From contig JAHJRE010000110.1 in assembly GCA_018831055.1 (NCBI GenBank), positions 1 to 36,505 of the forward strand: 36,505 nt of DNA, written 5' to 3'. Made by a program: the position numbers and the translations under genes. The notes below the pieces were generated by a model, which saw only the letters and a list, made by a program, of their open reading frames with translations, had not been told where the DNA came from and ran no database searches. Position 1 is the stretch's first letter. Each line of letters starts with the position of its first letter. The stretch comes from Bacteroidota bacterium. GTDB taxonomy: Bacteria; Bacteroidota; Bacteroidia; Bacteroidales; B18-G4. Below, one piece after another: positions 26,601 to 35,526 of the stretch.

Positions 26601-27331
26601 AAAAAGGTGTGAATGGCGACCGGGAAATGGCTTATATGCTGCACCTTGCAGGATTCGATGTGAAGGATGTCCACATGACCGACCTTATCACCGGCAGGGA
26701 GACACTGGATGATGTGCATTTCATTGTTTATACCGGCGGATTCAGCAACTCCGACGTGCTGGGTTCGGCAAGGGGCTGGGCAGGCGCTTTCCTGTATAAC
26801 CCCAGGGCCAAGGAAACCCTTGATCGCTACTATGCCCGGGAAGATACACTCAGCCTGGGCGTGTGCAACGGATGCCAGCTCATGACCGAACTGGGTCTCC
26901 TCTACCCCGATCACGAAGAACAACCCATAATGCATGCAAACGACTCAGGAAAGTTCGAATCGGCATTCCTGAATGTTGACATCAGGGAAAACAATTCCGT
27001 GCTCCTGAGTTCCCTTGCAGGATCCAGGCTTGGTATCTGGGTAGCCCACGGAGAAGGGAAGTTTGAGTTCCCCTATGATGAAGATAATTATTGTATTCCC
27101 ATAAAGTATACCTATGAGGAATACCCGGGCAACCCCAACGGATCCGATTTCGCGGCAGCAGCCGTCTGTTCCAACGATGGCAGGCACCTCGCCATGATGC
27201 CGCACCTCGAACGGGCTTTCCTGCCCTGGCAATGGGCCTATTACCCGGAAAAACGAACCAGCGATGAAATCACCCCCTGGATGGAAGCTTTTGTTAACGC
27301 CAGGAAGTGGGTCAAAGAAAACCTCAAATAA
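23651..27331 (+). CDS. purL: Phosphoribosylformylglycinamidine synthase, single-chain (large) form
   Basis: The hallmark blocks [23 protein letters not shown], ...[25 protein letters not shown]..., ...[12 protein letters not shown]... are present. The C-terminal glutamine amidotransferase domain has ...[10 protein letters not shown]... and ...MMPHLERAF.... The length is about 1230 aa. An alternative start lies at 23624. Confidence 0.9.
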   Translation: [1226 protein letters not shown]

Positions 27332-27339
27332 ACCCTTAC

Positions 27340-28113
27340 ATGCCGAAAATCACTCTCATCACCGGGGCAACAGCGGGCATAGGAGAAGCCTGCGCCCAAA
27401 AGTTCGCCACGGAAGGCCACAATCTCATCATTACCGGCAGGCGCCGGGATAGACTGGAAAAACTTTCTGCCGGCCTGGTAAAAACATACCAAATAAAAGT
27501 CTGTCCCCTGGTTTTTGATGTCAGAGATAAAAATGAAGTTTTTAAAGCCATTGATTCCCTCGATGAAGATTGGAAATCAATCGACATCCTGATCAACAAC
27601 GCAGGATTATCGCAGGGACTTGACCCGGTGCAGGAAGGCAATCCCGACGACTGGGACACCATGATCGACACAAATGTAAAGGGTCTTTTATACGTTACCC
27701 GCGCAGTAGCCCCGCTCATGATGCAAAGAGGCCAGGGCCATATCATTAACATAGGTTCTATCGCCGGGAAGGAAGTATATCCTGGCGGTAATGTTTATTG
27801 TGCGACCAAACACGCTGTGGAAGCACTTTCCAAAAGCATGCGGCTTGATATGTTCCGTCATGGCATCAAAGTATCGCAGGTCTCACCGGGTGCCGTGGAA
27901 ACAGAATTTTCCATGGTCAGGTTTAAAGGCGACCGGGAAAGGGCGAAAAAAGTATATGAAGGATATAAACCGCTGACCGCTGAAGATATTGCCGAAGTAA
28001 CGTGGTTTATCGCTGCAGCTCCATCACACGTCAATATCCAGGATGTTCTCGTTATGCCCATGGCCCAGGCCAATTCTTCGACTTTTCATAAAAAGCAGAC
28101 GAATATTCAATAA
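27340..28113 (+). CDS. Short-chain dehydrogenase/reductase, YdfG-like NADP-dependent 3-hydroxy acid dehydrogenase
   Basis: The N-terminal Rossmann motif is ITLITGATAGIGEACAQKF...IITGRRRDRLEKL. The catalytic motifs are NNAG, S(IAG) and Y-x-x-x-K (YCATKHAV). Confidence 0.85.
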   Translation: MPKITLITGATAGIGEACAQKFATEGHNLIITGRRRDRLEKLSAGLVKTYQIKVCPLVFDVRDKNEVFKAIDSLDEDWKSIDILINNAGLSQGLDPVQEGNPDDWDTMIDTNVKGLLYVTRAVAPLMMQRGQGHIINIGSIAGKEVYPGGNVYCATKHAVEALSKSMRLDMFRHGIKVSQVSPGAVETEFSMVRFKGDRERAKKVYEGYKPLTAEDIAEVTWFIAAAPSHVNIQDVLVMPMAQANSSTFHKKQTNIQ

Positions 28114-28182
28114 AAGGCTGGTTTTGTAAATTTTATTTTTTTATTACCTTTGCTCTCCCCTCACCGGGGATAACCAATTTTA

Positions 28183-29958
28183 TTGCGTATGGAGGTAACT
28201 CGACTCTTTGACCTGTTGCCGTATCATAAAAATAAATTCCAGCCAAAAGACGATGTCCTGGCAGGAAAAGAAGACGGTGTATGGATCAAATACAGCATCG
28301 ACCAGTATATCGAAGCAGCTGAAAACATCAGCTACGGCTTTCTGAAACTGGGAGTCCAAAAGGGCGACAAGATCGCTACCATTTCCAACAACAGGCCCGA
28401 ATGGAATTTTCTGGATATGGGCATAGCCCAGACCGGCGCCATCCATGTACCGATCTACCCCACCATCAGCGAGGCCGATTACAAGTATATCCTGAATCAT
28501 GCTGAGGTTAAATATGTTTTCGTTGCCGGTCAGGAACTGCTCAGGAAAATTGAGCATATCCTGCCTGAAGTCCCCAGTTTGAAAGGCTTATATACTTTCC
28601 GGCATATCGATACGGTTAAGCATCTGAAAGACCTGATCGACCTTGGCAAAGCCAATCCCGTACCCGAAAAGCTACAGGAAATACGCGATTCCATCAAACC
28701 CGACGATATAACTACCCTCATCTATACTTCCGGAACCACAGGAGTTCCCAAAGGAGTGATGCTGACGCACGCCAACCTTCTCAGCAATGTGGAAGGGGTT
28801 TACCGTATCTTTCCCCTTGATGAGACCTGCATCGGACTAAGTTATCTGCCGCTGTGCCATGTGTATGAGCGCATGAACATTTACACCTACCAGTATCTCG
28901 GTGTTTCCATTTATTATGCTGAAAACATGGGGACTATCGGCGATAACATCAGGGAAATATCCCCGCATATCCTTACCACCGTGCCGCGCCTCCTGGAAAA
29001 GGTTTATGACAAGATACTCGCCAAAGGGCGCAAACTGAAAGGAGTTAAGAGAAACATTTTCTTCTGGGCGGTTAACCTGGCTAATGCTTACGAACTCAAG
29101 GGAAAGAGCCCTTTTTACAGGATGCAGCTCGCCATTGCCGATAAACTGGTATTCAGCAAATGGAGGGAAGCGCTCGGAAACCGCATGAGAGTGATCGTAT
29201 CTGGTGGAGCAGCATTACAGCCAAGGCTGGCCAGAATATACACCGCAGCCGGCATACCTGTCCTGGAAGGCTACGGACTGACAGAAACCTCACCGGTTAT
29301 CGCCGTGAACAACTTCGACCCCGGCGGACAAAAATTCGGAACCGTCGGCCCTCCCTTGCATAACGTGCAGGTGAAAATAGGCGACGACGGAGAGATCCTG
29401 GCCAAAGGACCCAATGTCATGGTTGGCTATTACAAGGAACCCGAACTGACAAAGGAAGTCCTTACCCCCGACGGTTGGTTCCATACCGGCGATATGGGCA
29501 TGATCGACGAAGACGGCCACCTGAAAATCACCGGAAGGAAAAAAGAGATCTTCAAGACTTCCCTCGGTAAATACATCAGCCCCCAGCTCCTGGAAAACCG
29601 TTTCAAAGAAAGTCCTTTCATCGATGCCGCAATGGTGGTCGGAGAACATCAGAAATATGCCGCTGCACTTATCGTACCCGATTTTGTCTACCTGCGCTCA
29701 TGGTGCGGCGTGAAAGGGATCCCCTACACATCCGATGAGGATATGATCACCCACAAAGAGATCAAAGACCGCATCAAAAAAGAAATCGACCATTACAACT
29801 CCTTCTTCGGAACCACCGAAAAAGTGATGAGCCACGATATCCTCGGGAAAGAATGGTCGGTCGAGAACGGAGAACTAACCGCCAGCCTTAAACTCAGAAG
29901 AAACTTCATCCACGAAAAGTACAAAGAGAATATTGAGAGGCTTTTTGCGGGGAAATAA
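28183..29958 (+). CDS. Long-chain fatty-acid–CoA ligase (AMP-dependent synthetase/ligase)
   Basis: The AMP-binding motif LIYTSGTTGVPKGVMLTHANL, the ...EGYGLTET... block and the ...GWFHTGDMGMIDEDGHLKITGRKKE... block are all present. Confidence 0.85.
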   Translation: MRMEVTRLFDLLPYHKNKFQPKDDVLAGKEDGVWIKYSIDQYIEAAENISYGFLKLGVQKGDKIATISNNRPEWNFLDMGIAQTGAIHVPIYPTISEADYKYILNHAEVKYVFVAGQELLRKIEHILPEVPSLKGLYTFRHIDTVKHLKDLIDLGKANPVPEKLQEIRDSIKPDDITTLIYTSGTTGVPKGVMLTHANLLSNVEGVYRIFPLDETCIGLSYLPLCHVYERMNIYTYQYLGVSIYYAENMGTIGDNIREISPHILTTVPRLLEKVYDKILAKGRKLKGVKRNIFFWAVNLANAYELKGKSPFYRMQLAIADKLVFSKWREALGNRMRVIVSGGAALQPRLARIYTAAGIPVLEGYGLTETSPVIAVNNFDPGGQKFGTVGPPLHNVQVKIGDDGEILAKGPNVMVGYYKEPELTKEVLTPDGWFHTGDMGMIDEDGHLKITGRKKEIFKTSLGKYISPQLLENRFKESPFIDAAMVVGEHQKYAAALIVPDFVYLRSWCGVKGIPYTSDEDMITHKEIKDRIKKEIDHYNSFFGTTEKVMSHDILGKEWSVENGELTASLKLRRNFIHEKYKENIERLFAGK

Positions 29959-30003
29959 CCTTGGGAGTGATAACGGTTTATTTCATGGAGGATTAACAAA
30001 GCG

Positions 30004-30062
30004 TTGCAGGGTGCAGGTTACAGGTTGCAAGTTGCAACCTGCCGCCTGCAACCTGCAACCTG
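30004..30062. terminator. Long imperfect palindrome with a 21-nt perfect core (caggttgcaa-g-ttgcaacctg, 30021-30041) between convergent genes; candidate bidirectional terminator
   Basis: Three GCAGG(G/T)T units on the left mirror three CAACCTG units on the right. The structure lies between the acyl-CoA ligase stop (29958, +) and the flotillin stop (30092, -). No clear U-tract follows, which is common in Bacteroidota. Confidence 0.45.
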
Positions 30063-30091
30063 AAATTAATCCTTCCCCATACTCAAATTCA

Positions 30092-31525
30092 TCATTTTAT
30101 ATCCGCATCCTCTTCCCCTTTATCTTTCTGATGCCCGTTATTTTCACTTTTTTTCTCTTCTTCCTTCTTTCCCTTCAGATACTCCGGCAACTCCATTCCT
30201 GCCTGGCGGAACAGATCCTGCAAGGGTGGGATGGCGGTCATCAGGCTGGAGAAAAAATTGGCTGTGGCTGAAGTATGGCCGTCTTTACCGCTTGACATGG
30301 TATCCCAAACGGTAACCTTGTCGATCTTCAGGTTCTTAACAGCTTCCACCTGGGTTCTCACCAGCTCGGGCAGTTTGTCGGCAATCATCATCATTACCGC
30401 TTTCTGTGCATCCTTTTCAGCTGCCTGTACAAGTTCTTTAAATCCCTCCGCCTGTTTGTCAAGGATCTCGAATATCCCTTTTCCTTCCGCTTCCATCTTC
30501 ATAAAAATGGCATCGGCATCTCCTCTGGCATGCCTGCGGGTTTGCTCCGCGATGGCCTCTGCAGCTATCTCCACCTTCTCCTTATCTATGATGGCAGGAA
30601 CGATGATATCGGCTTTACGGGTAGCTTCCTCCCTTTTCGCACGGACGGTCTCGGCTTCTCTTTCTGCTGCGTATGCTTCTTCAAGGGCTTTGGCCTCGTT
30701 GACCTTTTCGGCGGCAACCGCAAGTCGTTCGGCTTCAGCTTCTTTCTCTCGACGCGTGGCATTGGAATTGGCAATTTGTATCTTGGCCGTATTCTCACCT
30801 TCCACAGCACTGGCATCAGCCTGTGATACCTTGATACGCTGGTCTTTCAGGGCATTCGCTTCACCAATGGATCCGTCACGGTTCTTCTCAGCCACACTCC
30901 GCTTTGCATCGTTGATAGCTTTGGCAGCCGCTTCCTTACCCAGAGCCTCTATATAACCCGATTCATCATTGATATCGGTCACATTCACGTTGATCAGCTT
31001 CAACCCTACTTTCTTCAGTTCCGCTTCCACATTCCTGGAAACAGCATCCAGGAAAAGATCGCGGTTGCTGTTGATCTCCTCAATGTCCATGGTGGCAACT
31101 ACCAGACGAAGCTGTCCGAAAATAATATCCTTGGCCAGATTGCTGATGCTCTCCTGCGAAAGCCCCAGCAAACGCTCGGCAGCGTTCGACATAACACCTG
31201 CTTCCGTAGAGATCCCCACGGTAAAAATCGATGGAACATCAACCCGGATGTTCTGCTTGCTCAGCGCGCTGCGCAGATTGATCTCAATGGAAATCGGCGT
31301 CAGATCCAGGAACTCATAATCCTGGATGACCGGCCAGATAAAGGCTGCACCCCCATGGATGCACTTGGATGAACGGTACTCGGCAAGTCCTCCCCTGCCA
31401 ATTTTTCCGTAAACAACCAGAATACGATCCGACGGACAACGCTTGTACCTCCTGAGAAAGGTTACGATCAGGATAAAAACAAAAAGTGCCGCAAGAATTA
31501 CAATAATGACTAAATACTGTCCCAT
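30092..31525 (-). CDS. Flotillin-like SPFH/band-7 protein (FloT/YqiK type, 477 aa)
   Basis: It has an N-terminal membrane anchor and an SPFH domain (...GGAAFIWPVIQDYEFLDLTPISIEINLRSALSKQNIRVDVPSIFTVGI...). A long Ala/Glu-rich coiled-coil flotillin repeat region (...AEAERLAVAAEKVNEAKALEEAYAAEREAETVRAKREEATRKA...) is followed by a Lys/Glu-rich tail. Confidence 0.85.
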   Translation of the reverse strand: MGQYLVIIVILAALFVFILIVTFLRRYKRCPSDRILVVYGKIGRGGLAEYRSSKCIHGGAAFIWPVIQDYEFLDLTPISIEINLRSALSKQNIRVDVPSIFTVGISTEAGVMSNAAERLLGLSQESISNLAKDIIFGQLRLVVATMDIEEINSNRDLFLDAVSRNVEAELKKVGLKLINVNVTDINDESGYIEALGKEAAAKAINDAKRSVAEKNRDGSIGEANALKDQRIKVSQADASAVEGENTAKIQIANSNATRREKEAEAERLAVAAEKVNEAKALEEAYAAEREAETVRAKREEATRKADIIVPAIIDKEKVEIAAEAIAEQTRRHARGDADAIFMKMEAEGKGIFEILDKQAEGFKELVQAAEKDAQKAVMMMIADKLPELVRTQVEAVKNLKIDKVTVWDTMSSGKDGHTSATANFFSSLMTAIPPLQDLFRQAGMELPEYLKGKKEEEKKSENNGHQKDKGEEDADIK

Positions 31526-31543
31526 AAATATTTGATTTAAAGA

Positions 31544-32134
31544 TTATCTGCTAACTTTCACCAACAATGCATCATCGTTGATCACCCCGGTGACCACAAT
31601 CACCGATCCGGTAGGAATGCTTTCCGTTTCATCGGTGATGGCATCCAGCGTCTGGAAACCCTGAACGCGTATCTGCACCTTTCCCATCCCTTTCCTGGAA
31701 GGAGGAATGGTCAGGTAAACAGTACCGATTTTCCCCACTGCATTCTGCAGCTTCAGTGTCCCGTCTTCTCCAAGCTTTCCCAAATAATAGATCAGGGAAG
31801 CCATGATAAGCATCATCAGCAACCCTGCAAGCGAACTGATCAAAATGGTGAGTCCGAGCGACCATCCGGCCGACAAACAGAAAATACCCGTCCACCCGAA
31901 TATGGTGAAAAAGGCCATGAGGTTCTTGATGCTGATGAACTGAAAACCGATGCCTTCATCGGTGCCAACCGTCATATCGGGATCTCCATCCGAGGCGGTT
32001 GCCTCAAAATCACCCCCGATAAACGTCATTACAAGCATGATCAGAAATATCAGGGTAAAGGGAAGGGCAATCAGCCAGTAAACCTTTTCCGCGGTTTCCA
32101 TGGCTTGCCACCAGGTTTCAATGCTGAGTATCAT
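31544..32134 (-). CDS. NfeD-like membrane protein (YuaF/YqiJ-type partner of flotillin)
   Basis: A multi-helix hydrophobic N-terminal region is followed by a short C-terminal beta-rich domain. It lies immediately upstream of the flotillin gene on the same strand, as in the Bacillus subtilis yuaF–floT and Escherichia coli yqiJ–yqiK operons. Confidence 0.6.
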   Translation of the reverse strand: MILSIETWWQAMETAEKVYWLIALPFTLIFLIMLVMTFIGGDFEATASDGDPDMTVGTDEGIGFQFISIKNLMAFFTIFGWTGIFCLSAGWSLGLTILISSLAGLLMMLIMASLIYYLGKLGEDGTLKLQNAVGKIGTVYLTIPPSRKGMGKVQIRVQGFQTLDAITDETESIPTGSVIVVTGVINDDALLVKVSR

Positions 32135-32199
32135 GATGCAAGGGTTTTAATGAATGGGTAATAAAGATAAGGCAATTTTACCGTAAGTGAAGAAACAAA

Positions 32200-33399
32200 G
32201 TGTATTTTTATTCTGTTATCCGGAAAAAACCCTTGCATTACAGGAAATATGCAGACAGCCGTATGAAATATCCGCGTAATTCAACCTACCATGATTATGT
32301 CAGGATGGCGGCGGATTTTTTTATCCGCCACCCGGAGCTGCCCGGGCATCCCGGACTGATGACGGGAAATGCCGGTGTATGCCTCTTCCTGTTTCATGCT
32401 GCCAATTATCTTCAGGATGCAAAGCTTTACGACCATGCGGCAGACAGGCTGAACCGGGTTACCACTGCTGTCTGTAATAATATTTCGTTCACCGACGGTT
32501 TGCCGGGGATAGGATGGACTCTTGCTTTCCTGGCAAAGCGTGGATTTGTCAGGATAAACTCCACCGGTCTCCAATCCCTCTACGATGACCCGGTTATGGA
32601 GATCATGCTTAAAAACATGCATGAATCCGTTTATGAACTGCTGTATGGGTACCTGGGCTGCGGGGTCTACTTCCTGGAAAGAACAGATACGGATACAGGA
32701 AAAGAAGCCTTGCACAGGATAATCAGGCATCTGGCCGAAAATACCCCACCCGCTTCTGCCCTGCCGGGCATGGCACACGGCATTGCAGGTATCCTAAGCT
32801 TCCTGGCATCATGTTATAAGCACAACCTGAATCCTGAATCCTGCCGGGAGATAATGCATTCCCTCGTACCCCGTGTTAACGCGTTTGCGAAAAATTTTCC
32901 GGATTCCCCGGCCATACCCGGAAAACAAATTCCTGGAGACACATACCCCTACAACCCTTTCGGCTGGTGCCACGGGTTGGCAGGCATGGGCTGGGCGCTT
33001 TATAAGGCAGGATATGCAACCAAAAACAGGGAATGGATGTCTTATGCTTACTTTATCCTGAACAAACTCAGGAACTTGCTTCAAAAAAACGGGGAAATGC
33101 TTCCGGAATGCGGACTTTGTCACGGACAAGCAGGCGTTGCGCATATATTCAGGAAACTTTACCTTCATACCAAATCCAAAACTCATCTTCAATTTTCCCG
33201 TTATTGGCTCGAAAAATCATTGAAATGCCCCGCAGAACAAGCCATCGCTGATGACGGGGAATGCCCGTGTGAAAACGGCATATGGGAAGGAATACCCTAT
33301 GGACTGCTCACCGGGCCGGCCGGCAATGGTCTTGCCTGCCTTACTGTTATAAACAAAAATATGGAACCTGGTTGGGATGAATGCTTACTAATCGGCTGA
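32200..33399 (+). CDS. Class I lanthipeptide cyclase (LanC-like)
   Basis: The recurring alpha,alpha-toroid GxxG-type repeats (GNAGVCLFL, GLPGIGWTLAFL, GYLGCGVYFLE, GMAHGIAGILSFL, GWCHGLAGMGWAL, GLCHGQAGVAHIF, GLLTGPAGNGLACL) include the zinc-ligand/catalytic motifs H-G, W-C-H-G and C-H-G in the order found in NisC-type LanC enzymes. The start may instead be the internal ATG at 32263. Confidence 0.85.
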   Translation: MYFYSVIRKKPLHYRKYADSRMKYPRNSTYHDYVRMAADFFIRHPELPGHPGLMTGNAGVCLFLFHAANYLQDAKLYDHAADRLNRVTTAVCNNISFTDGLPGIGWTLAFLAKRGFVRINSTGLQSLYDDPVMEIMLKNMHESVYELLYGYLGCGVYFLERTDTDTGKEALHRIIRHLAENTPPASALPGMAHGIAGILSFLASCYKHNLNPESCREIMHSLVPRVNAFAKNFPDSPAIPGKQIPGDTYPYNPFGWCHGLAGMGWALYKAGYATKNREWMSYAYFILNKLRNLLQKNGEMLPECGLCHGQAGVAHIFRKLYLHTKSKTHLQFSRYWLEKSLKCPAEQAIADDGECPCENGIWEGIPYGLLTGPAGNGLACLTVINKNMEPGWDECLLIG

Positions 33400-33453
33400 T
33401 TTTCACAGAAAATCGGTCGTGGCTAAAACATTACTATTTGAACCAACCGGAAA

Positions 33454-35526
33454 ATGAACGAGAAGACCATTCGTCCCTTCGGGGATATTGTAGTGAGAAT
33501 TCCGCGTTTGCCCCTGCAAGTGGCGGAAGACCTGCTGAACGGAAACATTTCGGAAGAGAAGATCAAATCTTATCTCCTTGACCAGGATGTGCTGGAAGCT
33601 ATCGGATCCGCTTCAGCCTCCCTGAAATCTTCATTGGTGAAATGGCTCAATGGCCAGCCACTTCCTGATAAAAAGCGAAACTCGCTGCTGTTTAAAAGCA
33701 TGCAATACCTGATCCGCATGTCATCGCGCCCTACCCCTTTCGGATTGATGACCGGACTGACCACAGGATGCTGGTCTGATGAAAATATCATCGAGTTCAA
33801 TGGCAAGGAAAGGATTGATTCCCGCCCTGATATGCAATTCTGCCGCCATCTGGCCGGGGTCCTGGAAACATCGGAAGACGGGGAGAACCTGAAGTTTTTC
33901 CCTAACAGCAGTATATACAGGGTTTTTGAAGAGCTGAGGTTCTTCAGAGCAGGAAAATCCGGTAAAACGACGAAGCTACATTCAATCGAAGATCCCGGAA
34001 TCCTTGAAAAACTGGCTGAATTTTGCAGGAAAGGCAAAACCAAAGCGGAGATCAGACAGTTTTGGGATTCCGGTCACAAAGGTACTTTTTTCCCTGAGGG
34101 TTTTCCGGAGGATCTGTTTCGCATGGGATTCCTGGTTCCGGAACTGGAGCCTAATGTATGCGGGCAAACGTATTACACCAGGATCAACGGATATATGAAG
34201 AAGGGATTTCCTGCATCCTGTAATATTCGCAAATCAGGACACCTTCATACCAGTCTTGTCATGGAAAATAAGCGCTGTGAGGCAGATATGAACCTGATCC
34301 CGGAAATTGTCTCTGCCATCAAGGTAATGCTGCAGCTTTTTCCAAAAAAGCCTTCCTCATTCCTGCAAAATTTCATCACATCATTCCGGCAAAACTACGG
34401 AAACAGTGAGATACCGCTGATGCGGGCCCTGGATCCCGAAACAGGGATCATCATCCCTGCTCCGATGCCATTCGGCGATTCAATATTGAAAGTCAATGAC
34501 TCAGAATTATCTGGCCGGCAATCCGTTACGCTCGACCGGACGGACCTTTTCCTGCTGAAGAAAATCCAGGAATCGTGGATAAAACAGCTTCCAACTATAC
34601 ATATAAGAGCAGGTGAGCTGCCCTGTCTGGATGATTTTGCCGGGTTATCCCCTACGTTCAATGTTCTGTTCAGTATTGTCGAGGTCCCGGGGAACACCCT
34701 GATCCACCTGCATGGCATCGGAGGCTTTTCCGCTTGCCATCTCCTGAGCAGGTTCGGTCATGCCGATCCGCATATTCGCAGCATCCTGGAAAAAATAACC
34801 GGGAAAGAAAAAGCGCCGGACGGAGCCATAGCGGCAGAAATAGTATTTTGTCCGCCGGGCAGGGAGGCAGACCTATGCGTCAGACCCGAACTCAGGGAAT
34901 ATGAGATCCCGGTTATGACACATTCCTGTAAAGATGAACTGCACAGGATATACCCGGCCGATCTGCTGCTTTGCCTCCGTAACGGTGAGCTTGTCCTGAA
35001 ATCCGCTAAACTCAACAGGTATATCATACCTTATGCAAGCCATACCCTCAATTTCCAAAATTACGATCTCCCGTTGCACCGACTGCTGTGTGAACTGCAA
35101 ACGCAATACCTTGGGGGTGGAATGCTCTTCGACTGGGGTGCCCTGAGCAGGCTGTTTCCGGTACTGCCGAGAGTGATGACGGGTAGCACCATCCTCATGC
35201 CCGCCTCCTGGCGCTTTCATGATGATGATATCTCAAGGTTCTTCAGCATCCACGACAAGGAAGAACTGAAAAAATCCATCACCCGTTGGCGCTACCGTTT
35301 CAGGATTCCGGCTAAGGTCGTTTGGTCGGCAAATGACCAGGAACTGCTGCTAAACCTGAATTCTTTTGCCGGTATTGAGCTATTCCTAAGGCTTAGCAAA
35401 AACAGCCGGGAAATACTCCTGAAGGAATTTCTGATGGGAGGCTCACATCTCGTGAAAGGCAATAAGGGATATCACCTTCATGAAATCATTGCTCCGTTTT
35501 ATCTTGAAGGGAAAGAGAGAAAATGA
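33454..35526 (+). CDS. Lanthipeptide dehydratase LanB, N-terminal glutamylation domain (split LanB, 690 aa)
   Basis: The N-terminal ...VVRIPRLPL... block and the hallmark SSRPTPFGLMTGL block correspond to the R-x-TPFGLF core of Lant_dehydr_N domains (compare NisB RSTPFGLFS). The size fits a stand-alone glutamylation domain. The gene sits directly after lanC and overlaps the next gene by 4 bp. Confidence 0.8.
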   Translation: MNEKTIRPFGDIVVRIPRLPLQVAEDLLNGNISEEKIKSYLLDQDVLEAIGSASASLKSSLVKWLNGQPLPDKKRNSLLFKSMQYLIRMSSRPTPFGLMTGLTTGCWSDENIIEFNGKERIDSRPDMQFCRHLAGVLETSEDGENLKFFPNSSIYRVFEELRFFRAGKSGKTTKLHSIEDPGILEKLAEFCRKGKTKAEIRQFWDSGHKGTFFPEGFPEDLFRMGFLVPELEPNVCGQTYYTRINGYMKKGFPASCNIRKSGHLHTSLVMENKRCEADMNLIPEIVSAIKVMLQLFPKKPSSFLQNFITSFRQNYGNSEIPLMRALDPETGIIIPAPMPFGDSILKVNDSELSGRQSVTLDRTDLFLLKKIQESWIKQLPTIHIRAGELPCLDDFAGLSPTFNVLFSIVEVPGNTLIHLHGIGGFSACHLLSRFGHADPHIRSILEKITGKEKAPDGAIAAEIVFCPPGREADLCVRPELREYEIPVMTHSCKDELHRIYPADLLLCLRNGELVLKSAKLNRYIIPYASHTLNFQNYDLPLHRLLCELQTQYLGGGMLFDWGALSRLFPVLPRVMTGSTILMPASWRFHDDDISRFFSIHDKEELKKSITRWRYRFRIPAKVVWSANDQELLLNLNSFAGIELFLRLSKNSREILLKEFLMGGSHLVKGNKGYHLHEIIAPFYLEGKERK

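Noticed and set aside
25970-26935. A 321-aa minus-strand ORF and several 60-140-aa ORFs on both strands inside purL (for example 25073-25486, 25207-25518, 25540-25917, 25622-25945)
   Set aside because: They are antisense to or frame-shifted within a gene with unmistakable PurL motifs. They have an Arg/Ala/Gly-rich composition typical of antisense frames of GC-richer coding sequence, and no start context or recognisable domains.
30231-30956. A 241-aa plus-strand ORF rich in Ala/Ser (…ASASPLACLRVCSAMASAAIS…)
   Set aside because: It is the antisense reading of the flotillin Ala/Glu-rich coiled-coil repeat region. The low-complexity composition is an artefact of the complementary strand.
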